Shown piece by piece: positions 48,288 to 58,753 of a stretch of 64,000 nucleotides of DNA. The DNA comes from Candidatus Eiseniibacteriota bacterium (lineage in GTDB: Bacteria; Eisenbacteria; RBG-16-71-46; CAIMUX01; WJJG01). The position numbers and the translations under genes were made by a program. Within the stretch, counting starts at the first letter, position 1, and every line of letters begins with the position of its first letter. The stretch covers positions 53,600 through 117,599 of the forward strand of contig JAGMBO010000049.1 of NCBI GenBank assembly GCA_023129715.1, given 5' to 3'. A model generated the notes under the pieces. It had not been told where the DNA came from, did not search any database, and saw nothing but the letters and a program-made list of their open reading frames with translations.

Positions 48288-48547
48288 TGTGGCCTGTCCT
48301 GCTCGTCGTCGGCGTCGGCAGGCAGCGCCGCTTCCCGCTTCCGCTGCCCTTCTTCCTCACCTGGCCCTTGGTCGGCCTGGGCTGGATCGTGGTCGGGCTC
48401 GGCAGTCTCGTCTCCCCGGGGTCCCCGCGGCGGCCGGGCGCCATCGGGATGCTCTACACCGCGCTCGCCTTGTTCAACCACCTCCGGGGCGCGCAGGTCG
48501 ACATCGATGATTCCAAGGGGGCGCATATCCATGTGCGCCTCTGGTGA
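48287..48547 (+). CDS. Small two-TM membrane protein
   Basis: Start overlaps the DUF2089 stop (ATGA). Hydrophobic segments VLLVVGVG and LVGLGWIVVGLGSLV. Confidence 0.35.
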   Translation: MWPVLLVVGVGRQRRFPLPLPFFLTWPLVGLGWIVVGLGSLVSPGSPRRPGAIGMLYTALALFNHLRGAQVDIDDSKGAHIHVRLW

Positions 48548-48590
48548 GAGAGGACGATCGCAAGACGATCGGAACCCATGGGAGGGTGTC

Positions 48591-49103
48591 ATGAGCACGG
48601 AACGACGCCAGGTCTTGGATCTGCTGGCGGAAGGCAAGGTGACCGCGGAGGAGGCCGAGCGTCTCCTCGAGCGGTTGGCTCAGGTGGGCGGTGGGGAGTC
48701 TTCCGGCGTCGCTGGTGGGGTCGCTGGTGGCATCGGTGATGGCGTCGGCGGTGGTGTCGGTGGTGCAGTCGGTAGTGGTGCCGGTGATCGGGCCCACGGT
48801 GACGACGCGGTCGCCGTGGCCGGGAAGAGCACCGGGGGCAAGTCGCCGAAGTTCCTGCGGGTCGTCGTCAACAGCGTCGACGGCGATCAGGTCAATGTGC
48901 GTGTGCCGATCGCCTTGGTGCGCACCGGAATCCAGCTCGGTGCGATGCTGCCCTCCGAGGCTCATGAGAAGCTTCGCGAGAAGGGGATCGATCTCTCCAA
49001 CCTAAGCGGTCTGGATAGCGAGGAGATGATCGAGGCGCTGCGGGAGCTGACCATCGACGTCGACTCGGCCAAGGGAGACGTCGTGCGCGTCTTCTGTGAG
49101 TAG
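48591..49103 (+). CDS. Protein with SHOCT-like N-terminal helix, Gly-rich linker and conserved C-terminal domain
   Basis: LLAEGKVTAEEAERLLERL N-terminus. Gly-rich (GGVAGGIGDGVGGGVGG) linker. C-terminal ~90-aa domain. Confidence 0.45.
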   Translation: MSTERRQVLDLLAEGKVTAEEAERLLERLAQVGGGESSGVAGGVAGGIGDGVGGGVGGAVGSGAGDRAHGDDAVAVAGKSTGGKSPKFLRVVVNSVDGDQVNVRVPIALVRTGIQLGAMLPSEAHEKLREKGIDLSNLSGLDSEEMIEALRELTIDVDSAKGDVVRVFCE

Positions 49104-49153
49104 CGCCTCTGCTGAATTGACCTTCGGTTCGGGGAGGGCTACCGTGCAAAGTC

Positions 49154-50041
49154 ATGCAAGAGACCTACGGCCCGCACTCGGATTGGCACGCGCACACCCA
49201 TCTCTCCGATGGCCGTGCGTCGCCTGCCGAGGCGGCGCGGGCGGCGCTCGATCTCGGACTGCGACACCTCGCCATCACCGATCACGATTGCATCGACGCT
49301 CATCTGGATGAACAACTCGGTGGACTGGTCGCCGGCACCGGGTTGGAGCTGATTGCCGGTGTCGAGATCGATTGCACGCTGGCGGATCTGTCGATCGAGA
49401 TTCTCGGCTACCGGTTCGACCCCCACGATCGCGTCCTGGGCAGACGGCTGCGGGAGATCCAGATCGCCCGCCGCGAGCGGGTGCGCTTCCTCGCCGAAGG
49501 CCTCGCGCGCAGTGGGGAGCCGGTTGATCCGGAGGCGCTCCTCGCCGGCGAGACGGTTGCGTTCCTGAAGGTCCATCTCTACAAGGTGCTCGAGGCCGCT
49601 GGACGTACCTTCGCCGGCGGCTATCGCGAGTTCAAGGACCGACTCGCGGAGCTCGGTTCGCCCCCCTCGGTACCGACGCCTACGGCTGAGGAGGCCGTGC
49701 GCCTGATCTGCGATGCGGGGGGCTATGCCCTACTCGCTCATCCGCTCTACTACCTCCAGCGGCGGGATCCGCGCTGGTTGCTGACCGGGATCCGCGCGGC
49801 CGGCTGCCTTGGTGTCGAGTTCGCCTACCCCTATGACTACGGGAGTGACGGCCTCGCACGCGATGAGGTCGCTGAGGCCTACGGCCGGCTGCAGGAAGCG
49901 CTGGTGGAGGTCTTTCCTTCCGGGGCCCTCCGCAGCCGGGGCAGCGACGTTCACGACCCTGCGGAGTGGCGGGGGCGGCTGGAACGCGTCGCGGAGTGGG
50001 AGCAGGCCCTGGCATCGGGAACCGGACGGCCCCCCGGTTGA
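49154..50041 (+). CDS. PHP-domain metal-dependent phosphoesterase
   Basis: N-terminus HSDWHAHTHLSDGRASP plus LAITDHD (PHP motifs I/II). Confidence 0.7.
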   Translation: MQETYGPHSDWHAHTHLSDGRASPAEAARAALDLGLRHLAITDHDCIDAHLDEQLGGLVAGTGLELIAGVEIDCTLADLSIEILGYRFDPHDRVLGRRLREIQIARRERVRFLAEGLARSGEPVDPEALLAGETVAFLKVHLYKVLEAAGRTFAGGYREFKDRLAELGSPPSVPTPTAEEAVRLICDAGGYALLAHPLYYLQRRDPRWLLTGIRAAGCLGVEFAYPYDYGSDGLARDEVAEAYGRLQEALVEVFPSGALRSRGSDVHDPAEWRGRLERVAEWEQALASGTGRPPG

Positions 50042-50141
50042 GACTCGCCTTCCCCGTGTGATAGCATCCCCGCTCGCCATTGGAGGATCGAGGTGTTCCC
50101 CGCATTCCAGCGGCATGCGTCCAGCGTGGAGGAGGCTCGGT

Positions 50142-51815
50142 ATGAGGAAGCTCGTCGAGTGCGTTCCCAATATCAGTGAGGGGCGGGATCGCCAGGTCAT
50201 CGATGCGATCGTGAGTCACGCGGCCGAGACCGAAGGCATTACGTTGCTCGATGTCGATCCCGGCGCCGACACTAATCGCACCGTGATCACCTTCGTCGGT
50301 GATCCCGACGCCGTCGTCGAGGGGGCCTTCCGCCTGATCAGCAAGGCGGCCGAGCTGATCGACATGACCACCCATAGTGGAGCGCATCCGCGGCAGGGCG
50401 CGACCGACGTCTGCCCCTTCGTGCCCGTCTCGGGGGTGACGATGGAGGAGTGCGTCGAGTTGGCCCATCGGCTCGGCAAGCGCGTCGGAAAGGAACTGGG
50501 CATCCCGGTGTTCCTCTACGAGCATGCCGCCACGCGGCCCGAGCGGAGGAGCCTCGCCGACATCCGCGTCGGCGAATACGAGGCATGGGCCGAGAAGCTC
50601 CAGAAGCCCGAATTCGAGCCTGACTACGGTCCCGCCAAGTTTCTGCCGCGTACCGGCGCCGCCGTCATCGGCGCGCGCGAGTTCCTGATTGCCTACAATG
50701 CGGACGTCAATACGCGCGAACGCAAGCTGGCACACCAGATCGCTCTCGACATCCGCGAGAAAGGGCGCTTCCAGCGGGACGCGAACGGCAAAATCGTGCG
50801 CGATGCCGAGGGCAACAAGGTCCGGACCCCGGGATTGCTCCAGGAGTGCCGTGCCGTCGGCTGGTACATCGGTGAGTATGGCAAGGCGCAGGTCTCGATC
50901 AATCTGACCAACTATCACACCACCCCGATGCACGTTGCCTTCGATACCTGCTGTGAGGTGGCGGGCAAGTATGGACTTCGGGTCACCGGCAGCGAGATCG
51001 TTGGTCTCGTGCCCTTGGAAGCGATGGTGCAGGCGGGACGCCACTATCTCGAGAAGCAGGGCCGCTGGTCGGGGGTGCCCGAGAAAGAACTCGTGCACAT
51101 CGCAATTCAGTCGCTCGGGCTCAATGACGTCTCGCCCTTCAAGCCCGAGGAGAAGATCATCGAGTATGCGGTCAAGAGGGAGGAGACCGGCTCGCTGGCC
51201 GCGATGAGCTGCCGCGCCTTTGCTGATGAGCTTTCCAGCGACTCCCCCGCCCCCGGCGGGGGCAGTGTCGCCGCCCTGTGCGGCTCGCTGGGCGCCAGCC
51301 TGGCGGGGATGGTCGCGGTCCTGACGCAGGGCAAGGAGGGCTACGAAGACCAACAGGCGCAACTCGCCGAGGTGGCGACGGCGGCGCAGGGTCTGAAGGA
51401 TGAGTTCCTTCTCGATGTCGATCGTGACACCGAGAGCTTCAATGTGCTGATGGCCGCGTTCCGGATGAAGAAGAAGACCGACGATGAAAAGGCTGCCCGC
51501 GCCGAGGCGATCCGCGAGGCGACCGAAGGCGCGACCCGGGTTCCCCTAGGTGTGCTCGAACGAAGCAGCAAGGTCCTCGAACTGGCAGAGATCGTCGCCG
51601 AGAAGGGACTGCAGAGCTCGCTCAGTGACGCCGGCGTCGGCGCGCTCACCGCCCGGGCGTGCGCCGAGGGGGCCTACTACAACGTGCTGATCAACCTCCA
51701 GGGACTCGAGGCTTCCGCGTTCACTGCGGAGACGCGCAAGCAGGCGGATGCCTTCGTGGCGCAGGCGCGCGAACTGGCGGATCGCGTGGCGCGGGCGGTC
51801 GAGGCGAAGCTGTAG
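50142..51815 (+). CDS. ftcD: Bifunctional glutamate formimidoyltransferase / formimidoyltetrahydrofolate cyclodeaminase
   Basis: N-terminus LVECVPNISEGRD (FTCD transferase signature). C-terminal cyclodeaminase block SPAPGGGSVAALCGSLGASLAGMV. GGAGG ribosome-binding site. The track ORF is extended upstream. Confidence 0.85.
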   Translation: MRKLVECVPNISEGRDRQVIDAIVSHAAETEGITLLDVDPGADTNRTVITFVGDPDAVVEGAFRLISKAAELIDMTTHSGAHPRQGATDVCPFVPVSGVTMEECVELAHRLGKRVGKELGIPVFLYEHAATRPERRSLADIRVGEYEAWAEKLQKPEFEPDYGPAKFLPRTGAAVIGAREFLIAYNADVNTRERKLAHQIALDIREKGRFQRDANGKIVRDAEGNKVRTPGLLQECRAVGWYIGEYGKAQVSINLTNYHTTPMHVAFDTCCEVAGKYGLRVTGSEIVGLVPLEAMVQAGRHYLEKQGRWSGVPEKELVHIAIQSLGLNDVSPFKPEEKIIEYAVKREETGSLAAMSCRAFADELSSDSPAPGGGSVAALCGSLGASLAGMVAVLTQGKEGYEDQQAQLAEVATAAQGLKDEFLLDVDRDTESFNVLMAAFRMKKKTDDEKAARAEAIREATEGATRVPLGVLERSSKVLELAEIVAEKGLQSSLSDAGVGALTARACAEGAYYNVLINLQGLEASAFTAETRKQADAFVAQARELADRVARAVEAKL

Positions 51816-52019
51816 TTCGAAAGCGCGCGAGACGATCTTGAGCCGACCCGTTCAGACCGGCGGCGCGGTCGTCTGCGCGGCCTCGATCTGCTCCGGCTAC
51901 TCCATCTTCGTCGCCGACGTCTCATCAACGAGCCGTCCGATCCAGAGTCTAGATCGAGAACGAATAGCTGATCTTCGCCAAGAAGCGATTCTCCACCTCA
52001 TTCTAGCACGGACGCTCCC

Positions 52020-53936
52020 TCAGTTGGCAACAAGCAGCTTGCGGGTCTGCACGAAGCGTCCTGCCTCCAGCCGGTAGAAGTAAACGCCTGTGTCGACCTG
52101 CTCCCCGGAGGCCGTGGCACCGGTCCACGGCATCGAGTAGCTTCCCGCCGCCAGCCGGTCTTCGACTAGCGTGATTACCACCCGACCTGCTGCATCGAAT
52201 ACCCGTAGCCTGACATCCACCTCGACCGGCAAGTCGAAGGAGAAGAACGTCCCCGCCCTCCCAGGATTGGGGCGGCACTGGTATAATGCAAAGCACCTAG
52301 TAGGCGGCTGCTCCGAGATTCCAGATGGTCCCGCTACCCCTGCCCCAGCTCCTTGATTGCCTGAGAAGTCTGTGGCGGTTACGTGATAGTAGGCGTAGCC
52401 GTAGCCTGCGATATCCATACTCGTATCGGATGTGTAGTCGACGACTTCCGCTGTCTCATCAAGGAATCCGATCGCTGAGCCGTAGACCGTGAAGTAGTTG
52501 AAGTCCTCATCCTCCGATTCATCCCAGACCAGCAGCGTCGGGGACTCAAAGCGCAGACTTCCGGGGGGAGACGGGGCGAGGTTGTCAACCGAGTATCCGC
52601 TGTCTGGCACGGTATCATAGTAAACCGTTGGGATCGCCGTGCCCGCCCTTACGAAAAACACGGACCAGCACTGCCCCGAGGCAATCGTTGAATCACACAG
52701 CGTCGGACAGATCGCACCGTAGCTCTCCTCCCCGTAGGCCGGCACCGTAAGGACGAAGTCCCACTCACCAGGCGGGAATCGTAGCTGGCTTAAGTGCGAT
52801 TCACTCCCGAGGGAACCGCCTCCCCGAGGCAGCTCCTCCACACGCCGCCACACGCTGTAGTGCGTGACCACGGTGTCAGCATCGGCCCGGTCATGGGTCT
52901 CATTGCTCCACCGCAGCCGCATCTGTCCGCCTTGATCGCCCGGCACATCCACAGCCGATTCGATCATAAACGAGCTACACCCGACTCCATGCGCTCCGAT
53001 CACCCCACAGACCGGATTGCTCACCGGACCACACGGAGAATCGTCTCGCAGGCGGAAATCCCCATTTGCCGCATCACAGAATATCGGATTCTCCGAGATG
53101 TTGCCGTCCGTGCCGAATTGACCCTCGATCCCACTTGTCCAGTCGCCGCCCGCATTGCCGTAGATATCGCAGCAAGCAAGAGTAGGAGTACCCGCCCCGC
53201 CTGTGAACACGGCTTCACCCTCGGAGCTGAACGCGATAATGACATTCTCAAAGACCGGGTTCGAACCCCACGTATGCACCCCGCCTCCATCGGGTGCACC
53301 GTTATCTGCAATCGTGCATTCCACGAACGAGGGCGAGGAATTCGATGTGATTTGGATGGCTCCACCGCTGGTGCCAGCCGAATTGCCAACGAACGTGCAA
53401 TTGCTGAAGCTCGGATCCGAGTACAGCATAGAGATGGCACCACCATGGAGACCGGCGGTATTGTTGGAGAATAGGCAGTTGTTGATTAGAGGGGACGATT
53501 GGGATTCAAGGAATATCGCGCCAGCAGGTTGGGCAAGGCCGTTGGTGATAGTGATACCTTCGAGGGTCGATGTAGCATCCTCTCCCCAGTGAAAGTAAAA
53601 GCCACGTCCAGCGCTTTCGCAATCAATGATACAGGCGGTGGGATCTCCATCATGTGAGCGTACCACCATGTTCTTTCCCAGGTAGTCGAGATCGCGATTC
53701 CCTACTCCCATGAACGTTCCGCTTGATAGCGAGACTGTGTCTCCTGCAACTGCGGCGTTGAGTGCATCCTGAATGGTTGGGAAGTCTCCGGTTCCATCAG
53801 GTGTGACCAAGTGAGTGGTTGCTGAAGCGGACGCGATGAACATGAGGCAGTACAGTGAAAGAATCGAAAGGCGATGCATGGCTGACCCCCTTCGAACGTG
53901 ACCCAAGAGAACCGCGGCAAGTCGGGGCGACGTCAC
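52020..53936 (-). CDS. Secreted parallel beta-helix protein with T9SS-type/FlgD-Ig-like C-terminal domain
   Basis: Signal peptide. Beta-helix coils (GGAIS, GGAIQ, GGGVH). C-terminal ...RPNPGRAGTFFSF...GRVVITL...WTG...GVYFYRL. Confidence 0.6.
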   Translation of the reverse strand: MTSPRLAAVLLGHVRRGSAMHRLSILSLYCLMFIASASATTHLVTPDGTGDFPTIQDALNAAVAGDTVSLSSGTFMGVGNRDLDYLGKNMVVRSHDGDPTACIIDCESAGRGFYFHWGEDATSTLEGITITNGLAQPAGAIFLESQSSPLINNCLFSNNTAGLHGGAISMLYSDPSFSNCTFVGNSAGTSGGAIQITSNSSPSFVECTIADNGAPDGGGVHTWGSNPVFENVIIAFSSEGEAVFTGGAGTPTLACCDIYGNAGGDWTSGIEGQFGTDGNISENPIFCDAANGDFRLRDDSPCGPVSNPVCGVIGAHGVGCSSFMIESAVDVPGDQGGQMRLRWSNETHDRADADTVVTHYSVWRRVEELPRGGGSLGSESHLSQLRFPPGEWDFVLTVPAYGEESYGAICPTLCDSTIASGQCWSVFFVRAGTAIPTVYYDTVPDSGYSVDNLAPSPPGSLRFESPTLLVWDESEDEDFNYFTVYGSAIGFLDETAEVVDYTSDTSMDIAGYGYAYYHVTATDFSGNQGAGAGVAGPSGISEQPPTRCFALYQCRPNPGRAGTFFSFDLPVEVDVRLRVFDAAGRVVITLVEDRLAAGSYSMPWTGATASGEQVDTGVYFYRLEAGRFVQTRKLLVAN

Positions 53937-54110
53937 TATGACATTTTAGGGGAACAGATGGAGATTGTTTATCGTAGAGAGGGAGTACCGCATTCCGGGT
54001 CGCAAACCGTCGGTCTCGCCGCGGCCCGAGACGGACGAGGCGGTGATAGCCCTGTGCCGCCGGCGGACAGGGAGCCAGGGGCCCGCGGGGCGACCGCGCA
54101 GCGTGCCATC

Positions 54111-54398
54111 TCAACGGGGGATGATCACTTGCTCGCAGCGATTCTCCCGTGCTGCCGTCTCGAGTCTCAGGAAGTAGATCCCCCGGCCGGCATCCCGCGG
54201 CAGAGGTACCGTGTGCGTCCCGCCGGCCAACCGCGCACCATCAAGCGGTACTGCAACCTGCCACTCACCCAGATCGTCGTGGACGGCGTCTGGATTCTGC
54301 AGGATCTCGGTGATCATGATATCTCCGGGCTGAGGCGCCACGAGGGCATAGTCATCGGGCATCCCGTTGACGTCCCGGTCCAGCGGTACGCTGAACAT
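54111..54398 (-). pseudogene. Orphan fragment encoding only a T9SS-type/FlgD-Ig-like C-terminal domain
   Basis: 95-aa ORF ending ...GGTHTVPLPRDAGRGIYFLRLETAAR...IIPR with no upstream passenger domain. Confidence 0.4.
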
Positions 54399-54790
54399 GT
54401 TGACCAGGCAATCGCCGCTTCCATCGCCCTTCCAGCCTCGTCAAGGGAGCCTTCGCTCTACTGCAGCGCCGCTTCTCACCCCGCGGCAACGTCGGATGAC
54501 CGGCTCGAGTGTTGAGGTTGCGGGTGCGGTTCATGGGGGGGTGTTCGATGATCTGCGCGTAATGTAGGGCCGCGCCACGCGGTCGGCTACTCGGCCGGCG
54601 CCGATGGCGGCTCCGAGAGGGTCCTCCCCCGAACGGGAGGCGGGTGCAGGACTCCGCTCCGCGGCCGGTTCTCGGTAGTATCCACGGCGCTGTCGATCGA
54701 CTAGCATGGAGCCTCGCGCGAGCCCCTGCAGGGCGCGCTGTCAGGTGATCAGGCGCCTTGCGCCCCGAAGGGCACGGTCAGGAGGTTGCG

Positions 54791-55657
54791 ATGTTTGCCC
54801 GGCCTCACCACGAAGCGATCTATGCCCAGGCTCGATACGTCGATATCGGGTTCGATGTTCGCGATCTGGACGCCGAGTGCGGTTTCCTTGAACACCTGAG
54901 CCGACACCTGGGGCGCGGGCCGCTGAATTCCTTCCTGGAGGCCTGTTGCGGGCCGGGCTACCACCTGCATCAGTTCGCCGTTCATGGGACGCGCGCCTAC
55001 GGTACGGAATCCAACCGCACGATGGTCGCCTATGCGGGGGAGAAGGCCCATCGGCTGGCGGAGTCGGCCGGGTTTGCCGCCTCGCCGAGCGGTGGCAACT
55101 TGGGAGAGAACGATCTGGCGACCCCGCCGCTGGGCAGGATCCTCGAGGCCGGTCCGCGGGAGATGACCCTGCCCGAGGCGGTCGATCTCGCCTTCATGCC
55201 ATGGCCCAAGCTGGGATACCTCCTCAAGGACGATGAGGTGATCGAGCACCTGGTCACCGTGGCGAAGAACGTTGGCCGCGGGGGACTCTACGTGGTCGAG
55301 CTCGATCATCCCGCGCCGATGTTCGGCTACACCGACCGGGGCAAGCATCAGTGGGTCAACAAGCAGGGGGAGACGCGCGTCGCGGTCCAGTGGGGCAGTG
55401 GCGAGGAGCTGATCGATCCGCTTACTCATACGGCCGATGTGGAAGTGACCCTCGAGGTCACCGAGAAGCGGGCGACCGAGACCTTCCGGGACAGTGCTCC
55501 GATGCGGCGCTTCACGCACCGCGAATTGCGCGCGCTGGTGCGCCTCTCGGGTGCCTTCGACTGGGTGGCCACCTTCGGGGATCTCATCCTGACCCAGCCG
55601 TTCGATCTCTCCGAGGGGGCGCGGCGCATGGTGCCGGTGCTGCGGTGCAGCATGTAG
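54791..55657 (+). CDS. Class-I SAM-dependent methyltransferase
   Basis: Motif I FLEACCGPGYHLHQFAVHGTRAYGTE. ~289 aa. Confidence 0.6.
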   Translation: MFARPHHEAIYAQARYVDIGFDVRDLDAECGFLEHLSRHLGRGPLNSFLEACCGPGYHLHQFAVHGTRAYGTESNRTMVAYAGEKAHRLAESAGFAASPSGGNLGENDLATPPLGRILEAGPREMTLPEAVDLAFMPWPKLGYLLKDDEVIEHLVTVAKNVGRGGLYVVELDHPAPMFGYTDRGKHQWVNKQGETRVAVQWGSGEELIDPLTHTADVEVTLEVTEKRATETFRDSAPMRRFTHRELRALVRLSGAFDWVATFGDLILTQPFDLSEGARRMVPVLRCSM

Positions 55658-56138
55658 GCGCCCGCCACCCGGAAGCCCGCATCTGACCACCTGACCATGA
55701 CCGGGGTGACCGGGTCGGATGCCGTACGCCGCAGGAACCTCCCGTGATCGTTCATGCGCCGGCAGGCGACGTCTCTCGAGCACAGGGTTCCTGGGGGAGT
55801 TGCCGCCTCCGAGAGATCCGCCCTGCGCCCACGGGCCCTCTTTGCAGAGTCCCGGTGCGGAACTTGCACTTCCCCGGATGGCCGGCGGGAATACCTCTCC
55901 GAACCCGCCATGTCGAGACACTCCAAGAGTGCGTCGGGCCGCAGCAGAGGTGGTGCGGAATGGGCCGGGAGCGGTGGGACCGGTTGATGGTGCGGGCCGG
56001 CTCCCTTCGCCCCGGTCTCCCGGCGCCCCGCCCGCCTCACGAAACGACGACCAGCTCCCGCGCACGAGAGCTGGCCGCCTGAAAATCGCCTCCCAGGTCG
56101 TCCAATCGTCTACTCGATCCTTGCTTGGTCCTTTCCGA

Positions 56139-58634
56139 TCAGCGGACGATCGTCACGCGCCGCGTCAGTTCCCCGCCGGGCGTCACCAGTTTCAGGAAGT
56201 AGGCGCCTGAGGCGAGCGGCTGCCGGCTGCGATCTTCCCGCCAGTGGATCGTGTGCACTCCCGCGGTCAGCTCGCCGTCGAGGAGACGGTCGATCCGGCG
56301 GCCGTCGACGCTGTAGAGGTCACAGACCACCCGGCCGGGTGCCGCCAGCGAGAAGGAGGCCTGCAGGCGTGAAATCGCCGGATTCGGCTCGACGCGGAAG
56401 GCGGGTCGGCTCTCCGGCAGCAACACGATATCCGCGGCGAGGTCGCCCGTACCGCCGGCCGCGGTATAACGCATGGCGAATTCCTGGTAGAAGCAGTTCG
56501 CCAACGCTGGGTCGTGGATGATGAAGACGTTCTCGTCGTTCTCGTCGACGGCGTTGTTACTCCAGTTCGCGCTTCCCGTGACCACCACGGGGTCCGAACC
56601 GCCGCGATTGACGTCGATGAGCATGTACTTGTGATGCAGAACGCCGGTCTCGGCATCGAATAGAACGTCGGCGGCGGGATCCCACGGATAGTCGCCCTCA
56701 CCATGCATCGGGAAGTACTGGCTATAGGTGTTGCCCGATTCCCCGCTGTCGAAGACGCCGCGGATCTCCATGCCGGGAATCGACATCCAGCGCTCTTCCA
56801 TCTCATTGGTCAGGTCGTAGCGCGTGAAGCTCATGATCGAGAAGTGCATCGAGTAGTCGGCCAGCTCGACTTCATGAATAATGCCCTGCAGCCAGGGGTC
56901 GGAGGGTGCAAAGAACACCTCCACCTCATGGCCTCCGACGTTGAACAGCTTCGGTGTGTTGTCTTCCTTGTTGTCCCCGAAGCGGGAGAAGGTCGTGTTG
57001 GGCACCGCGGTGCTCGAGCCCCACATCTCATCGAACTCGGCCGTGCAGACATTGGCCACGGCCTGATCCTGGATGAAGACAACGTTCTGCGCGTTGGTGT
57101 TCGTCCCCTGTGTGCTCAAGTTCCAGGAGCCGGTGACCACCCAGGGATCGGCCGGATCAGGGCTGAGCGCATCGAAGACCCACAGCTTGTGATGCATGAT
57201 CTCATCGCCGTCATTCGCCCCGAAGGCGTCATTGATGACGATGATGCCCTCGTTCATGATGCGCAGAACTTCCTGCTGGTAGGGAGAGCGGTTGTCGTAG
57301 ACGAAGCGGACCCGCACCCCGCGATCGAAGGCGGCGATGAGCGCATCAGCGACATTGTTCAGATCGAAGCTGTAGAGGGCGACATCGATGGAGTAGTCGG
57401 TGGCATCGATGCGGTCGGCGATCCAGCCATCGAGGCTCTGGCCACCGATCGCCGTCTCGTACGTGGCCAGGCTGTGATCGACGCTCTTGTTGAAGATTCC
57501 ACGGATGACGCCGGTGCAGCCCAGCGCGGAGGCCGAGCAGAAGAGCAGATCGGGCGTGGTCGACTGGCCCAGGAGGTCTTCGACCGTCACTCGATAGTGA
57601 TGGATCGTGGCGGCATCGAGCCCCGTCAGGACGATGTCGTGAACGGTGCTCGAGATGCCGTCGGTTACGGTCCCCAGCTCATAGCTGTCGGTCTCGCCGA
57701 AGTCGACTTGGGCAGTCGTCTCTCCCTCGGTCTCCAGGTGGATCGTAACCTGGTCGTGTTGCAGGTCGGTTTCCCGCGGACCATCAACGATCTGAGGCCC
57801 GGGCAGAAGAATGAAGTCGTCGGGGCTGCGAGGCAGCAGTTCGTAGTCGGTCGTATAGGGAGGGCTGTAGCCGGCGTATTGCTTGATGACGCCGATGACG
57901 TCGAAGGGCCCCGTCGGGGGCGTCATCTCCTGGATGCCCGTCGTTCCATCGATGTAAAGCACGCACGTTCCGGTGCCGTCGTGGAGGATGACTCCGCCAC
58001 TGAAGCTCGGCCACGTGCCGGTCCAGGTGACGCCATTGAGTCGCACCAGGCGGCCTTCGTTCGGCTCACTGTAGTCGGGCAGGAAGGCATTCTCGACATC
58101 GTCGCAGGTGACCACGAGGGGCGCGGGGGGGGCGACGCCGCTCTCGTGGACCGTGTATGTGCTCATCGCGACTTCGGTCATGCCGCGGTAGTGGGCGATC
58201 GTGCCGACGATGGTCACGCTATCGCCGATCTGGAACTCGTAGGGTGGCGTTCCCGCCTGATAGATCATCACGCCGCCGGTGGCGTCTTGCACGTAGATGT
58301 CGGTGTAGTCCCAGGTAAACGTGCCGACCGCCGTGGTGGCCACCCCCGCCACCGTCACCGGCGTGCCGACCGTGTAGGGCGCCGCCGGCGTTCCATCCGA
58401 ATTGTTCTGATGGAGGTCGATGATGTCGGTTTGGCCATAGGCCGCTCCGCAGAGCAGCGCCAAGGCGGCGAGCATCGCGATCAGGCCGGTGGCCAGGAGC
58501 AGGCTGTCCCGTCGCGGGAGCTCCGTGGCCTTGGCTCGACTCCGGCGTGGCTGTGATTGGGATGTCCCTACCATGCTGGTCTCCCCCAAGATGAGCGGTC
58601 CTCGGCTGTCCGTGTCTAAGGGCTGATGGACCAT
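56139..58634 (-). CDS. Large secreted phospholipase-D-superfamily (two HKD motifs) protein with T9SS-type/FlgD-Ig-like C-terminal domain
   Basis: Signal peptide. HKD motifs IMHHKLWVFD and LHHKYMLIDV. C-terminal ...EPNPAISRLQASF...GRRIDRLL...GAYFLKL. Confidence 0.65.
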   Translation of the reverse strand: MVHQPLDTDSRGPLILGETSMVGTSQSQPRRSRAKATELPRRDSLLLATGLIAMLAALALLCGAAYGQTDIIDLHQNNSDGTPAAPYTVGTPVTVAGVATTAVGTFTWDYTDIYVQDATGGVMIYQAGTPPYEFQIGDSVTIVGTIAHYRGMTEVAMSTYTVHESGVAPPAPLVVTCDDVENAFLPDYSEPNEGRLVRLNGVTWTGTWPSFSGGVILHDGTGTCVLYIDGTTGIQEMTPPTGPFDVIGVIKQYAGYSPPYTTDYELLPRSPDDFILLPGPQIVDGPRETDLQHDQVTIHLETEGETTAQVDFGETDSYELGTVTDGISSTVHDIVLTGLDAATIHHYRVTVEDLLGQSTTPDLLFCSASALGCTGVIRGIFNKSVDHSLATYETAIGGQSLDGWIADRIDATDYSIDVALYSFDLNNVADALIAAFDRGVRVRFVYDNRSPYQQEVLRIMNEGIIVINDAFGANDGDEIMHHKLWVFDALSPDPADPWVVTGSWNLSTQGTNTNAQNVVFIQDQAVANVCTAEFDEMWGSSTAVPNTTFSRFGDNKEDNTPKLFNVGGHEVEVFFAPSDPWLQGIIHEVELADYSMHFSIMSFTRYDLTNEMEERWMSIPGMEIRGVFDSGESGNTYSQYFPMHGEGDYPWDPAADVLFDAETGVLHHKYMLIDVNRGGSDPVVVTGSANWSNNAVDENDENVFIIHDPALANCFYQEFAMRYTAAGGTGDLAADIVLLPESRPAFRVEPNPAISRLQASFSLAAPGRVVCDLYSVDGRRIDRLLDGELTAGVHTIHWREDRSRQPLASGAYFLKLVTPGGELTRRVTIVR

Positions 58635-58753
58635 CCCCAGGGCAGGAGATGGCTATGCTCCGCATACCACCCTAAGCATACACGAAATGGAGGCGCTCCC
58701 GCTGTAGAAATCCCAGTTGCGGCCTGATAGGCTGGATTCCGCATCCTCGGGCA

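Noticed and set aside
49680-51362. 560-aa minus-strand ORF
   Set aside because: Antisense to ftcD, which has unambiguous formimidoyltransferase and cyclodeaminase signatures.
56703-58556. 617-aa plus-strand ORF
   Set aside because: Antisense to the PLD-like gene, which has two HKD motifs, a signal peptide and a C-terminal sorting domain.
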